DNA from: Paragordius varius
Lineage: Eukaryota; Animalia; Nematomorpha
Direction of reading: 5' to 3'
Assembly (NCBI GenBank): GCA_964247055.1
Contig: OZ176050.1
Location: 1,116,001-1,180,000 of the forward strand
DNA length: 64,000 nucleotides
Position 1 is the first letter of the stretch. The number at the start of each line of letters is the position of its first letter. Shown here one piece after another: positions 39,801 through 54,100 of this stretch. The notes under the pieces were generated by a model. It saw only the letters and a program-made list of their open reading frames with translations, was not told where the DNA came from and searched no databases. The position numbers and the translations under genes are program-made.

Positions 39801-42800
39801 TCAATACTCAAGTTAAACTTTGCCCTTAAAAATCGAATATACCGGTGAACAAAATTATTTTATATACATTCTCTTAGTAAGACTACATCAAAATATAGAG
39901 ATAGTTTGACAAACTCTTTCATATCCGATTTTTACAACGATATTTAAAAATTAATGTATATAACTAGTCGTATCAATAAATCGCATCAATACTCAAGTTA
40001 AACTTTGTCCTTAAAAATCGGATATTGGTCACCGGTGAACAAAATTATTTTTTATACATTCTCTTAGTAGGACTACATCAAAATATAGAGATAGTATGGC
40101 AAACTTTTTCATAATCGATTTTTACAACGATACTTTAAAAATTAATGTATAAAACTAGTTGCATCAATACTCAAGTTAAACTTTGTCCTTAAAAATCGGA
40201 TATTGGTCACCGGTGAACAAATTTTTTTTTATACATTCTCTTAGTAAGACTACATCAAAATATAGTAGTTTGATAAACTCTTTCATATCCGATTTTTACA
40301 ACGATACTATTAAAATTAATGTATTAAACTAGTCGCATCAATACTCAAGCTAAACATTGTCCTTAAAAATCGGATATTGGTCACCGGTGAACAAAACTAT
40401 TTTTTATACATTCTCTTAGTAAGACTACATCAAAATTTAGAGATAGTTTGACAAACTCTTTCATATCCGATTTTTACAACGATACTTTAAAAATTAATGT
40501 ATTAAACTAGTCGCATCAATACTCAAGTTAAACTTTGTCCTTAAAAATCGGATATTGGTCACCGGTGAACAAAATTATTTTTTATACATTCTCTTAGTAA
40601 GACTACATCAAAATATAGAGATAGTTTGACAAACTCTTTCATATCCGATTTTTACAACGATACTTTAAAAATTATGGTATTAAACCAGTCGCATCAATAC
40701 TCAAGTTAAACTTTGTCCTTAAAAATCGGATATTGGTCACCGGTGAACAATATTATTTTTTATACATTCTCTTAGTAAGACTACATCAAAATATAGAGAT
40801 AGTTTGACCTCTTTCATATCCGATTTTTACAACATACTTTAAAAATTAATGTATAAAACTAGTCGCATCAATACTCAAGTTAAACTTTGTCCTTAAAAAT
40901 CGGATATTGGTCACCGGTGAACAAAATTATTTTTTATACATTCTCTTAGTAAGACTACATCAAAATATAGAGATAGTTTGACAAACTCTTTCATATCCGA
41001 TTTTTACAACGATACTTTAAAAATTATGGTATTAAACCAGTCGCATCAATACTCAAGTTAAACTTTGTCCTTAAAAATCGGATATTGGTCACCGGTGAAC
41101 AATATTATTTTTTATACATTCTCTTAGTAAGACTACATCAAAATATAGAGATAGTTTGACCTCTTTCATATCCGATTTTTACAACATACTTTAAAAATTA
41201 ATGTATAAAACTAGTCGCATCAATACTCAAGTTAAATTTGTCCTTAAAAATGGGATATTGGTCAGCGGTGAAGAAAATAATTTTTTATACATTCTCTTAG
41301 TAAGACTACATCAAAATATAGAGATAGTTTAACAAACTTTTTCATATCCGATTTTTACAACGATACTTTAAAAATTATGGTATTAAACTAATCGCATCAA
41401 TACTCAAGTTAAACTTTGTCCTTAAAAACGGATATTGGTCACCGGTGAACAAAATTATTTTTTATACATTCTCTTAGTAAGACTACATCAAAATATAGAG
41501 ATAGTTTGACAAACTCTTTCATATCCTATTTTTACAACGATACTTTAAAAATTAATGTATAAAACTAGTCGTATCAATAAATCGCATCAATACTCAAGTT
41601 AAACTTTGTCCTTAAAAATCGGATATTGGTCACCGGTGAACAAAATTATTTTTTATACATTCTCTTAGTAAGACTACATCAAAATATAGAGATAGTTTAA
41701 CAAACTTTTTCATATCCGATTTTTACAACGATACATTAAAAATTATGGTATTAAACCAGTCGCATCAATACTCAAGTTAAACTTTGTCCTTAAAAATCGG
41801 ATATTGGTCACCGGTGAACAAAATTATTTTATATACATTCTTTTAGTAAGACTACAACAAAATATAGAGAGAGTTCAAACTCTTTCATATCCGATTTTTA
41901 CAACGACACTTTAAAAATTAATGTATAAAACTAGTCGCATCAATACTCAAGCTAAACATTGTCCTTAAAAATCGGATATTGGTCACCGGTGAACAAAATT
42001 ATTTTTTATACATTCTCTTAGTAAGACTACATCAAAATATAGAGATAGCTTGACAAACTTTTTCATATCCGATTTTTACAACGATACTTTAAAAATTATG
42101 GTATTAAACCAGTCGCATCAATACTCAAGTTAAACTTTGTCCTTAAAAATCGGATATTGGTCACCGGTGAACAAAATTATTTTATATACATTCTTTTAGT
42201 AAGACTACAACAAAATATAGAGAGAGTTCAAACTCTTTCATATCCGATTTTTACAACGATACTTTAAAAATTAATGTATAAAACTTGTCGCATCAATACT
42301 CAAGCTAAACATTTTCCTTAAAAATCGGATATTGGTCACCTGTGAACAAAATTATTTTTTATAGATTCTCTTAGTAAGACTACATCAAAATATAGAGATA
42401 GTTTGACAAACTTTTTCATATCCGATTTTTACAACGATACTTTAAAAATTATGGTATTAAACCAGTCGCATCAATACTCAAGTTAAACTTTGTCCTTAAA
42501 AATCGGAAATTGGTCACCGGTGAACAAAATTATTTTATATACATTCTCTTAGTAAGACTACATCAAAATATAGAGATAGTTTGACAAACTCTTTCATATC
42601 CGATTTTTACAACGATACTTTAAAAATTAATGTATTAAACTAGTCGCATCAATACTCAAGTTAAACTTTATCCTTAAAAATCATATATTGGTCACCGGTG
42701 AACAAAATTATTTTTTATACATTCTCTTAGTAAGACTACATCAAAATATAGAGATAGTTTGACAAACTTTTTCATATCCGATTTTTACAACGATACTTTA

Positions 42801-43150
42801 AAAATTATGGTATTAAACCAGTCGCATCAATACTCAAGTTAAACTTTGTCCTTAAAAATCGGATATTGGTCACCGGTGAACAAAATTATTTTATATACAT
42901 TCTCTTAGTAAGACTACATCAAAATATAGAGATAGTTTGACAAACTCTTTCATATCCGATTTTTACAACGATACTTTAAAAATTAATGTATTAAACTAGT
43001 CGCATCAACACTCAAGTTAAACTTTATCCTTAAAAATCAGATATTGGTCACCGGTGAACAAAATAATTTTTTATACATTCTCTTAGTAAGACTACATATA
43101 AAAATATAGAGATAGTTTGACAAACTCTTTCATATCCGATTTTTACAACG
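36000..43150 (+). repeat. Tandem duplication of a 20-monomer unit (~3558 bp x2)
   Basis: GTCAGCGGTGAAG (37705/41263), AGACTACATATAAAA (39531/43089) and TAGTATGGC (36536/40095) recur at 3558-3559 bp. TTGACCTC, GAGAGAGTTC and ACATTTTCC also recur in the same order. Confidence 0.88.
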
Positions 43151-45499
43151 ATAGTATAAAAATTAATGTATAAAACTAGGCGTATCAATAAATCGCATCA
43201 ATACTCAAGTTAAACTTTGTCCTTAAAAATCGGATATTGGTCACCGGTGAACAAAATTATTTTTTATACATTCTCTTAGTAGCACTACATCAAAATATAG
43301 AGATAGTTTGGCAAACTGTTTCATGTCCGATTTTTACAACGATACTTTAAAAATTAATGTATAAAACTAGTCGAATCAATACTCAAGTTAAACTTTGTCC
43401 TTAAAAATCGGATATTGGTCACCGGTGAACAAAATTATTTTTTATACATTCTCTTAGTAAGACTACATCAAAATATAGAAATAGTTTGACAAACTCTTTC
43501 ATATCCGATTTTTACAACGATACTTTAAAAATTAATGTGTTAAACTAGTCGCATCAATACTCTTAAACTTTGTCCTTAAAAATCGGATATTGGTCACCGG
43601 TGAACAAAATAATTTTTATACATTCTCTTAGTAAGACTACAGCAAAATATAGAGATAGTTTGACAAATTCTTTCATATCAGATTTTTACAACGATACTTT
43701 AAAAATTAATGTATTAAACTAGTCGCATCAATACTCAAGTTAAACTTTGTCCTTAAAAATCGGATATTGGTCACCGGTGAACAAAATTATTTTTTATACA
43801 TTCTCTTAGTAGGACTACATCAAAATATAGAGATAGTTTGGCAAACTGTTTCATATCCGATTTTTACAACGATACTTTAAAAATTAATGTATTAAACTAT
43901 TCGCATCAATACTCAAGCTAAACATTGTCCTTAAAAATCGGATATTGGTCACCGGTGAACAAAACTATTTTTTATACATTCTCTTAGTAAGACTACATCA
44001 AAATATAGAGATAGTTTGACAAACTCTTTCATATCCGATTTTTACAACGATACTTTAAAAATTATGGTATTAAACCAGTCGCATCAATACTCAAGTTAAA
44101 CTTTGTCCTTAAAAATCGGATATTGTTCACCGGTGAACAAAATTATTTTTTATACATTCTCTTAGTAAGACTACATCAAAATATAGAGATAGTTTGACAA
44201 ACTCTTTCATATCCGATTTTTACAACGATACTTTAAAAATTATGGTATTAAACTAGTCGCATCAATACTCAAGTTAAACTTTGTCCTTAAAAATCGGATA
44301 TTGGTCACCGGTGAACAAAATTATTTTTTATACATTCTCTTAGTAAGACTACATCAAAATATAGAGATAGTTTGACAAACTCTTTCATATCCGATTTTTA
44401 CAACGATACCTTAAAAATTATGGTATTAAACTAGTCGCATCAATACTCAAGTTAAACTTTGTCCTTAAAAATCGGATATTGGTCACCGGTGAACAAAATT
44501 ATTTTTTATACATTCTCTTAGCAAGACTACATCAAAATATAGAGATAGTTTGACAAACTCTTTCATATCCGATTTTTACAACGATACTTTAAAAATTAAT
44601 GTATTAAACTAGTCGCATCAATACTCAAGCTAAACATTGTCCTTAAAAATCGGATATTGGTCACCGGTCAACAAAATTATTTTTTATACATTCTCTTAGC
44701 AAGACTACATCAAAATATAGAGATAGTTTGACAAACTCTTTCATATCCGATTTTTACAACGATACCTTAAAAATTATGGTATTAAACTAGTCGCATCAAT
44801 ACTCAAGTTAAACTTTGTCCTTAAAAATCGGATATTGGTCACCGGTGAACAAAATTATTTTTTATACATTCTCTTAGCAAGACTACATCAAAATATAGAG
44901 ATAGTTTGACAAACTCTTTCATATCCGATTTTTACAACGATACTTTAAAAATAAATGTATTAAACTAGTCGCATCAATACTCAAGCTAAACATTGTCCTT
45001 AAAAATCGGATATTGGTCACCGGTGAACAAACTATTTTTTATACATTCTCTTAGTAAGACTACATCAAAATATAGAGATAGTTTGACAAACTCTTTCACA
45101 TCCGATTTTTACAACGATACTTTAAAAATTAATGTATAAAACTAGTCGTATCAATAAATCGCATCAATACTCAAGTTAAACTTTGTCCTTAAAAATCGGA
45201 TATTGGTCACCGGTGAACAAAATTATTTTTTATACATTCTCTTAGTAGGACTACATCAAAATATAGAGATAGTTTGGCAAACTCTTTCATATCCGATTTT
45301 TACAACGATACTTTAAAAATCAATGTATAAAACTAGTCGCATCAATACTCAAGTTAAACTTTGTCCTTAAAAATCGGATATTGGTCACCGGTGAACAAAA
45401 TTATTTTTTATACATTCTCTTAGTAGGACTACATCAAAATATAGAGATAGTTTGGCAAACTGTTTCATAACCGATTTTTACAACGATACTTTAAAAATT

Positions 45500-48400
45500 A
45501 ATGTATTAAACTAGTTGCATCAATACTCAAGTTAAACTTTGTCCTTAAAAATCGGATATTGGTCACCGGTGAACAAAATTTTTTTTATACATTCTCTTAG
45601 TAAGACTACATCAAAATATAGTAGTTTGATGAACTCTTTCATATCCGATTTTTACAACGATACTATTAAAATTAATGTATTAAACTAGTCGCATCAATAC
45701 TCAAGCTAAACATTGTCCTTAAAAATCGGATATTGGTCACCGGTGAACAAAACTATTTTTTATACATTCTCTTAGTAAGACTACATCAAAATATAGAGAT
45801 AGTTTGACAAACTCTTTCATATCCGATTTTTACAACGATACTTTAAAAATTAATGTATTAAACTAGTCGCATCAATACTCAAGCTAAACATTGTCCTTAA
45901 AAATCGGATATTGGTCACCGGTGACCAAAACTATTTTTTATACATTCTCTTAGTAAGACTACATCAATATATAGAAATAGTTTGACAAACTCTTTCATAT
46001 CCGATTTTTACAACGATACTTTAAAAATTATTAAAACTAGTCGTATCAATACTCAAGTTAAACTTTGCCCTTAAAAATCGAATATACCGGTGAACAAAAT
46101 TATTTTATATACATTCTCTTAGTAAGACTACATCAAAATATAGAGATAGTTTGACAAACTCTTTCATATCCGATTTTTACAACGATACTTTAAAAATTAA
46201 TGTATTAAACTAGTCGCATCAATACTCAAGCTAAACATTGTCCTTAAAAATCGGATATTGGTCACCGGTGACCAAAACTATTTTTTATACATTCTCTTAG
46301 TAAGACTACATCAATATATAGAAATAGTTTGACAAACTCTTTCATATCCGATTTTTACAACGATACTTTAAAAATTATTAAAACTAGTCGTATCAATACT
46401 CAAGTTAAACTTTGCCCTTAAAAATCGAATATACCGGTGAACAAAATTATTTTTTATACATTCTCTTAGTAGGACTACATCAAAATATAGAGATAGTATG
46501 GCAAACTTTTTCATAATCGATTTTTACAACGATACTTTAAAAATTAATGTATAAAACTAGTTGCATCAATACTCAAGTTAAACTTTGTCCTTAAAAATCG
46601 GATATTGGTCACCGGTGAACAAAATTTTTTTTATACATTCTCTTAGTAAGACTACATCAAAATATAGTAGTTTGATGAACTCTTTCATATCCGATTTTTA
46701 CAACGATACTATTAAAATTAATGTATTAAACTAGTCGCATCAATACTCAAGCTAAACATTGTCCTTAAAAATCGGATATTGGTCACCGGTGAACAAAACT
46801 ATTTTTTATACATTCTCTTAGTAAGATTACATCAAAATATAGAGATAGTTTGACAAACTCTTTCATATCCGATTTTTACAACGATACTTTAAAAATTAAT
46901 GTATTAAACTAGTCGCATCAATACTCAAGTTAAACTTTGTCCTTAAAAATCGGATATTGGTCACCGGTGAACAAAATTATTTTTTATACATTCTCTTAGT
47001 AAGACTACATCAAAATATAGAGATAGTTTGACAAACTCTTTCATATCCGATTTTTACAACGATACTTTAAAAATTATGGTATTAAACCAGTCGCATCAAT
47101 ACTCAAGTTAAACTTTGTCCTTAAAAATCGGATATTGGTCACAGGTAAACAAAATTTTTTTTTATACATTCTCTTAGTAAGACTACATCAAAATATAGAG
47201 ATAGTTTGACAAACTCTTTCATATCCGATTTTTACAACGATACTTTAAAAATTAATGTATTAAACTAGTCGCATCAATACTCAAGCTAAACATTGTCCTT
47301 AAAAATCGGATATTGGTCACCGGTGACCAAAACTATTTTTTATACATTCTCTTAGTAAGACTCAATATATAGAAATAGTTTGACAAACTCTTTCATATCC
47401 GATTTTTACAACGATACTTTAAAAATTATTAAAACTAGTCGTATCAATACTCAAGTTAAACTTTGCCCTTAAAAATCGAATTTACCGGTGAACAAAATTA
47501 TTTTATATACATTCTCTTAGTAAGACTACATCAAAATATAGAGATAGTTTGACAAACTCTTTCATATCCGATTTTTACAACGATATTTAAAAATTAATGT
47601 ATATAACTAGTCGTATCAATAAATCGCATCAATACTCAAGTTAAACTTTGTCCTTAAAAATCGGATATTGGTCACCGGTGAACAAAATTATTTTTTATAC
47701 ATTCTCTTAGTAGGACTACATCAAAATATAGAGATAGTATGGCAAACTTTTTCATAATCGATTTTTACAACGATACTTTAAAAATTAATGTATAAAACTA
47801 GTTGCATCAATACTCAAGTTAAACTTTGTCCTTAAAAATCGGATATTGGTCACCGGTGAACAAAATTTTTTTTATACATTCTCTTAGTAAGACTACATCA
47901 AAATATAGTAGTTTGATGAACTCTTTCATATCCGATTTTTACAACGATACTATTAAAATTAATGTATTAAACTAGTCGCATCAATACTCAAGCTAAACAT
48001 TGTCCTTAAAAATCGGATATTGGTCACCGGTGAACAAAACTATTTTTTATACATTCTCTTAGTAAGACTACATCAATATATAGAAATAGTTTGACAAACT
48101 CTTTCATATCCGATTTTTACAACGATACTTTAAAAATTATTAAAACTAGTCGTATCAATACTCAAGTTAAACTTTGCCCTTAAAAATCGAATATACCGGT
48201 GAACAAAATTATTTTATATACATTCTCTTAGTAAGACTACATCAAAATATAGAGATAGTTTGACAAACTCTTTCATATCCGATTTTTACAACGATACTTT
48301 AAAAATTAATGTATTAAACTAGTCGCATCAATACTCAAGCTAAACATTGTCCTTAAAAATCGGATATTGGTCACCGGTGACCAAAACTATTTTTTATACA

Positions 48401-49100
48401 TTCTCTTAGTAAGACTACATCAATATATAGAAATAGTTTGACAAACTCTTTCATATCCGATTTTTACAACGATACTTTAAAAATTATTAAAACTAGTCGT
48501 ATCAATACTCAAGTTAAACTTTGCCCTTAAAAATCGAATATACCGGTGAACAAAATTATTTTTTATACATTCTCTTAGTAGGACTACATCAAAATATAGA
48601 GATAGTATGGCAAACTTTTTCATAATCGATTTTTACAACGATACTTTAAAAATTAATGTATAAAACTAGTTGCATCAATACTCAAGTTAAACTTTGTCCT
48701 TAAAAATCGGATATTGGTCACCGGTGAACAAAATTTTTTTTATACATTCTCTTAGTAAGACTACATCAAAATATAGTAGTTTGATGAACTCTTTCATATC
48801 CGATTTTTACAACGATACTATTAAAATTAATGTATTAAACTAGTCGCATCAATACTCAAGCTAAACATTGTCCTTAAAAATCGGATATTGGTCACCGGTG
48901 AACAAAACTATTTTTTATACATTCTCTTAGTAAGACTACATCAATATATAGAAATAGTTTGACAAACTCTTTCATATCCGATTTTTACAACGATACTTTA
49001 AAAATTATTAAAACTAGTCGTATCAATACTCAAGTTAAACTTTGCCCTTAAAAATCGAATATACCGGTGAACAAAATTATTTTATATACATTCTCTTAGT
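45500..49100 (+). repeat. Second block of the 5-monomer HOR family (rearranged)
   Basis: The same markers return: TAGTATGGC at 46497, 47738 and 48606, plus ATATAGTAGTTTGATG and AATCGAATATACC. Confidence 0.8.
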
Positions 49101-51199
49101 AAGACTACATCAAAATATAGAGATAGTTTGACAAACTCTTTCATATCCGATTTTTACAACGATACTTTAAAAATCAATGTATAAAACTAGTCGCATCAAT
49201 ACTCAAGTTAAACTTTGTCCTTAAAAATCGGATATTGGTCACCGGTGAACAAACTATTTTTTATACATTCTCTTAGTAAGACTACATCAAAATATAGAGA
49301 TAGTTTGACAAACTCTTTCACATCCGATTTTTACAACGATACTTTAAAAATTAATGTATAAAACTAGTCGTATCAATAAATCGCATCAATACTCAAGTTA
49401 AACTTTGTCCTTAAAAATCGGATATTGGTCACCGGTGAACAAAATTATTTTTTATACATTCTCTTAGTAGGACTACATCAAAATATAGAGATAGTTTGAC
49501 AAACTCTTTCACATCCGATTTTTACAACGATACTTTAAAAATTAATGTATAAAACTAGTCGTATCAATAAATCGCATCAATACTCAAGTTAAACTTTGTC
49601 CTTAAAAATCGGATATTGGTCACCGGTGAACAAAATTATTTTTTATACATTCTCTTAGTAGGACTACATCAAAATATAGAGATAGTTTGGCAAACTCTTT
49701 CATATCCGATTTTTACAACGATACTTTAAAAATCAATGTATAAAACTAGTCGCATCAATACTCAAGTTAAACTTTGTCCTTAAAAATCGAATATTGGTCA
49801 CCGGTGAACAAAATAATTTTTTATACATTCTCTTAGTAAGACTACATATAAAAATATAGAGATAGTTTGACAAACTCTTTCATATCCGATTTTTACAACG
49901 ATACTATAAAAATTAATGTATAAAACTAGGCGTATCAATAAAATGCATCAATACTCAAGTTAAACTTTGTCCTTAAAAATCGGATATTGGTCACCGGTGA
50001 ACAAAATTATTTTTTATACATTCTCTTAGTAGGACTACATCAAAATATAGAGATAGTTTGGCAAACTGTTTCATATCCGATTTTTACAACGATACTTTAA
50101 ATATTAATGTAAAAAACTAGTCGCATCAATACTCAAGTTAAACTTTGTCCTTAAAAATCGAATATTGGTCACCGGTGAACAAAATTATTTTTTATACATT
50201 CTCTTAGTAAGACTACATCAAAATATAGAAATAGTTTGACAAACTCTTTCATATCCGATTTTTACAACGATACTTTAAAAATTAATGTATTAAACTAGTC
50301 GCATCAATACTCAAGCTAAACATTGTCCTTAAAAATCGGATATTGGTCACCGGTGAACAAAACTATTTTTTATACATTCTCTTAGTAAGACTACATCAAA
50401 ATATAGAGATAGTTTGACAAACTCTTTCATATCCGATTTTTACAACGATACTTTAAAAATTAATGTATTAAACTAGTCGCATCAATACTCAATTTAAACT
50501 TTGTCCTTAAAAATCGGATATTGGTCACCGGTGAACAAAATTATTTTTTATACATTCTCTTAGCAAGACTACATCAAAATATAGAGATAGTTTGACAAAC
50601 TCTTTCATATCCGATTTTTACAACGATACTTTAAAAATAAATGTATTAAACTAGTCGCATCAATACTCAAGCTAAACATTGTCCTTAAAAATCGGATATT
50701 GGTCACCGGTGAACAAACTATTTTTTATACATTCTCTTAGTAAGACTACATCAAAATATAGAGATAGTTTGACAAACTCTTTCACATCCGATTTTAACAA
50801 CGATACTTTAAAAATTAATGTATAAAACTAGTCGTATCAATAAATCGCATCAATACTCAAGTTAAACTTTGTCCTTAAAAATCGGATATTGGTCACCGGT
50901 GAACAAAATTATTTTTTATACATTCTCTTAGTAGGACTACATCAAAATATAGAGATAGTTTGGCAAACTCTTTCATATCCGATTTTTACAACGATACTTT
51001 AAAAATCAATGTATAAAACTAGTCGCATCAATACTCAAGTTAAACTTTGTCCTTAAAAATCGGATATTGGTCACCGGTGAACAAAATTATTTTTTATACA
51101 TTCTCTTAGTAGGACTACATCAAAATATAGAGATAGTTTGGCAAACTGTTTCATAACCGATTTTTACAACGATACTTTAAAAATTAATGTATTAAACTA

Positions 51200-54100
51200 G
51201 TCGCATCAATAATCAGGTTAAACTTTATCCTTAAAAATTGGATATTGGTCACCGGTGTACAAAATAATTTTTTATACATTCTCTTAGTAAGACTACATCA
51301 AAATATAGAGATAGTTTGACAAACTCTTTCATATCCGATTTTTACAGCGATACTTTAAAAATTATTGGCTTAAACCAGTCGCATTAATACTCAAGTTAAA
51401 CTTTGTCCTTAAAAATCGGATATTGGTCACCGGTGCACAAAATTATTTTTTATACATTCTCTTAGTGGGACTACATCAAAATATAGAGATAATTTCGCAA
51501 ACTCTTTCATATCCGATTTTTACAACGATACTTTAAAAATTAATGTATAAAACTAGTCGCATCAATACTCAAGTTAAATTTTGTCCTTAAAAATGGGATA
51601 TTGGTCACCGGTGAACAAAACTATTTTTTATACATTATCTTAGTAAGACTACATCAAAATATAGAGATAGTTTGACAAACTCTTTCATATCCGATTTTTA
51701 CAACGATACTTTTAAAATTAATGTATAAAACTAGTCGCATCTATAATCAGGTTAAACTTTATCCTTAAAAATTGGATATTGGTCACCGGTGTACAAAATA
51801 ATTTTTTATACATTCTCTTAGTAAGACTACATCAAAATATAGAGATAGTTTGACAAACTCTTTCATATCCGATTTTTACAACGATACTTTAAAAATTAAT
51901 GTGTTAAACTAGTCGCATCAATACTCAAGTTAAACTTTGTCCTTAATAATCGCGGATATTGGTTACCGGTGAACAAAATAATTTTTTATACATTCTCTTA
52001 GTAAGACTACATCAAAATATAGAGATAGTTTGACAAACTCTTTCATATCCGATTTTTACAGCGATACTTTAAAAATTATTGGCTTAAACCAGTCGCATTA
52101 ATACTCAAGTTAAACTTTGTCCTTAAAAATCGGATATTGGTCACCGGTGCACAAAATTATTTTTTATACATTCTCTTAGTGGGACTACATCAAAATATAG
52201 AGATAATTTCGCAAACTCTTTCATATCCGATTTTTACAACGATACTTTAAAAATTAATGTATAAAACTAGTCGCATCAATACTCAAGTTAAATTTTGTCC
52301 TTAAAAATGGGATATTGGTCACCGGTGAACAAAACTATTTTTTATACATTATCTTAGTAAGACTACATCAGAAATATAGAGATAGTTTGACAAACTCTTT
52401 CATATCCGATTTTTACAACGATACTTTTAAAATTAATGTATAAAACTAGTCGCATCTATAATCAGGTTAAACTTTATCCTTAAAAATCGAATATTGGTCA
52501 CCGGTGAACAAAATTATTTTTTATACATTCTCTTAGTAAGACTACATCAAAATATAGAGATAGTTTGGCAAACTCTTTCATATCCGATTTTTACAACGAT
52601 ACTTTAAAAATTAATGTATAAAACTAGTCGTATCAATAAGTCGCATCAATACTCAAGTTAAACTTTGTCCTTAAAAATCGGATATTGGTTACCGGTGAAC
52701 AAAATTATTTTTTATACATCTCTTAGTAAGACTACATCAAAATATAGAGAATGTTTGACAAATTCTTTCATATCCGATTTTTACAACGATACTTTAAAAA
52801 TTAATGTATTAAACTAGCCGCATCAATACTCAAGTTAAACTTTGTCCTTAATAATCGCGGATATTGGTTACCGGTGAACAAAATAATTTTTTATACATTC
52901 TCTTAGTAAGACTACATCAAAATATAGAGATAGTTTGACAAACTCTTTCATATCCGATTTTTACAACGATACTTTAAAAATTAATGTATAAAACTAGTCG
53001 CATCAATACTCAAGTTAAACTTTGTCCTTAAAAATCGGATATTGGTCACCGGTGAACAAAATTATTTTTTATACATTCTCTTAGCAAGACTACATCAAAA
53101 TATAGAGATAGTTTGACAAACTCTTTCATATCCGATTTTTACAACGATACTTTAAAAATTAATGTATAAAACTAGTCGCATCAATACTCAAGTTAAACTT
53201 TGTCCTTAAAAATGGGATATTGGTCACCGGTCAACAAAACTATTTTTTATACATTGTCTTAGTAAGACTACATCAAAATATAGAGATAGTTTGACAAACT
53301 CTTTCATATCCGATTTTTACAACGATACTTTTAAAATTAATGTATAAAACTAGTCGCATCAATAATCAGGTTAAACTTTATCCTTAAAAATTGGATATTG
53401 GTCACCGGTGTACAAAATAATTTTTTATACATTCTCTTAGTAAGACTACATCAAAATATAGAGAATGTTTGACAAATTCTTTCATATCCGATTTTTACAA
53501 CGATACTTTAATGTATTAAACTAGTCGCATCAATACTCAAGTTAAACTTTGTTTTTAAAAATCGCGGATATTGGTCACCGGTGAACAAAATAATTTTTTA
53601 TACATTCTCTTAGTAAGACTACATCAAAATATAGAGATAGTTTGACAAACTCTTTCATATTCGATTACAACGCTACTTTAAAAATTTATGTATTAAACTA
53701 GTCGCATCAATACTCAAGTTAAACTTTGTCCTTAAAAATCGGATATTGGTCACCGGTGAACAAAATTATTTTTTATACATTCTCTTAGCAAGACTACATC
53801 AAAATATAGAGATAGTTTGACAAACTCTTTCATATCCGATTTTTACAACGATACTTTAAAAATTAATGTATAAAACTAGTCGCATCAATACTCAAGTTAA
53901 ACTTTGTCCTTAAAAATCGGATATTGGTCACCGGTGAACAAAATTATTTTTTATACATTCTCTTAGCAAGACTACATCAAAATATAGAGATAGTTTGACA
54001 AACTCTTTCATATCCGATTTTTACAACGATACTTTAAAAATTAATGTATAAAACTAGTCGCATCAATACTCAAGTTAAACTTTGTCCTTAAAAATGGGAT

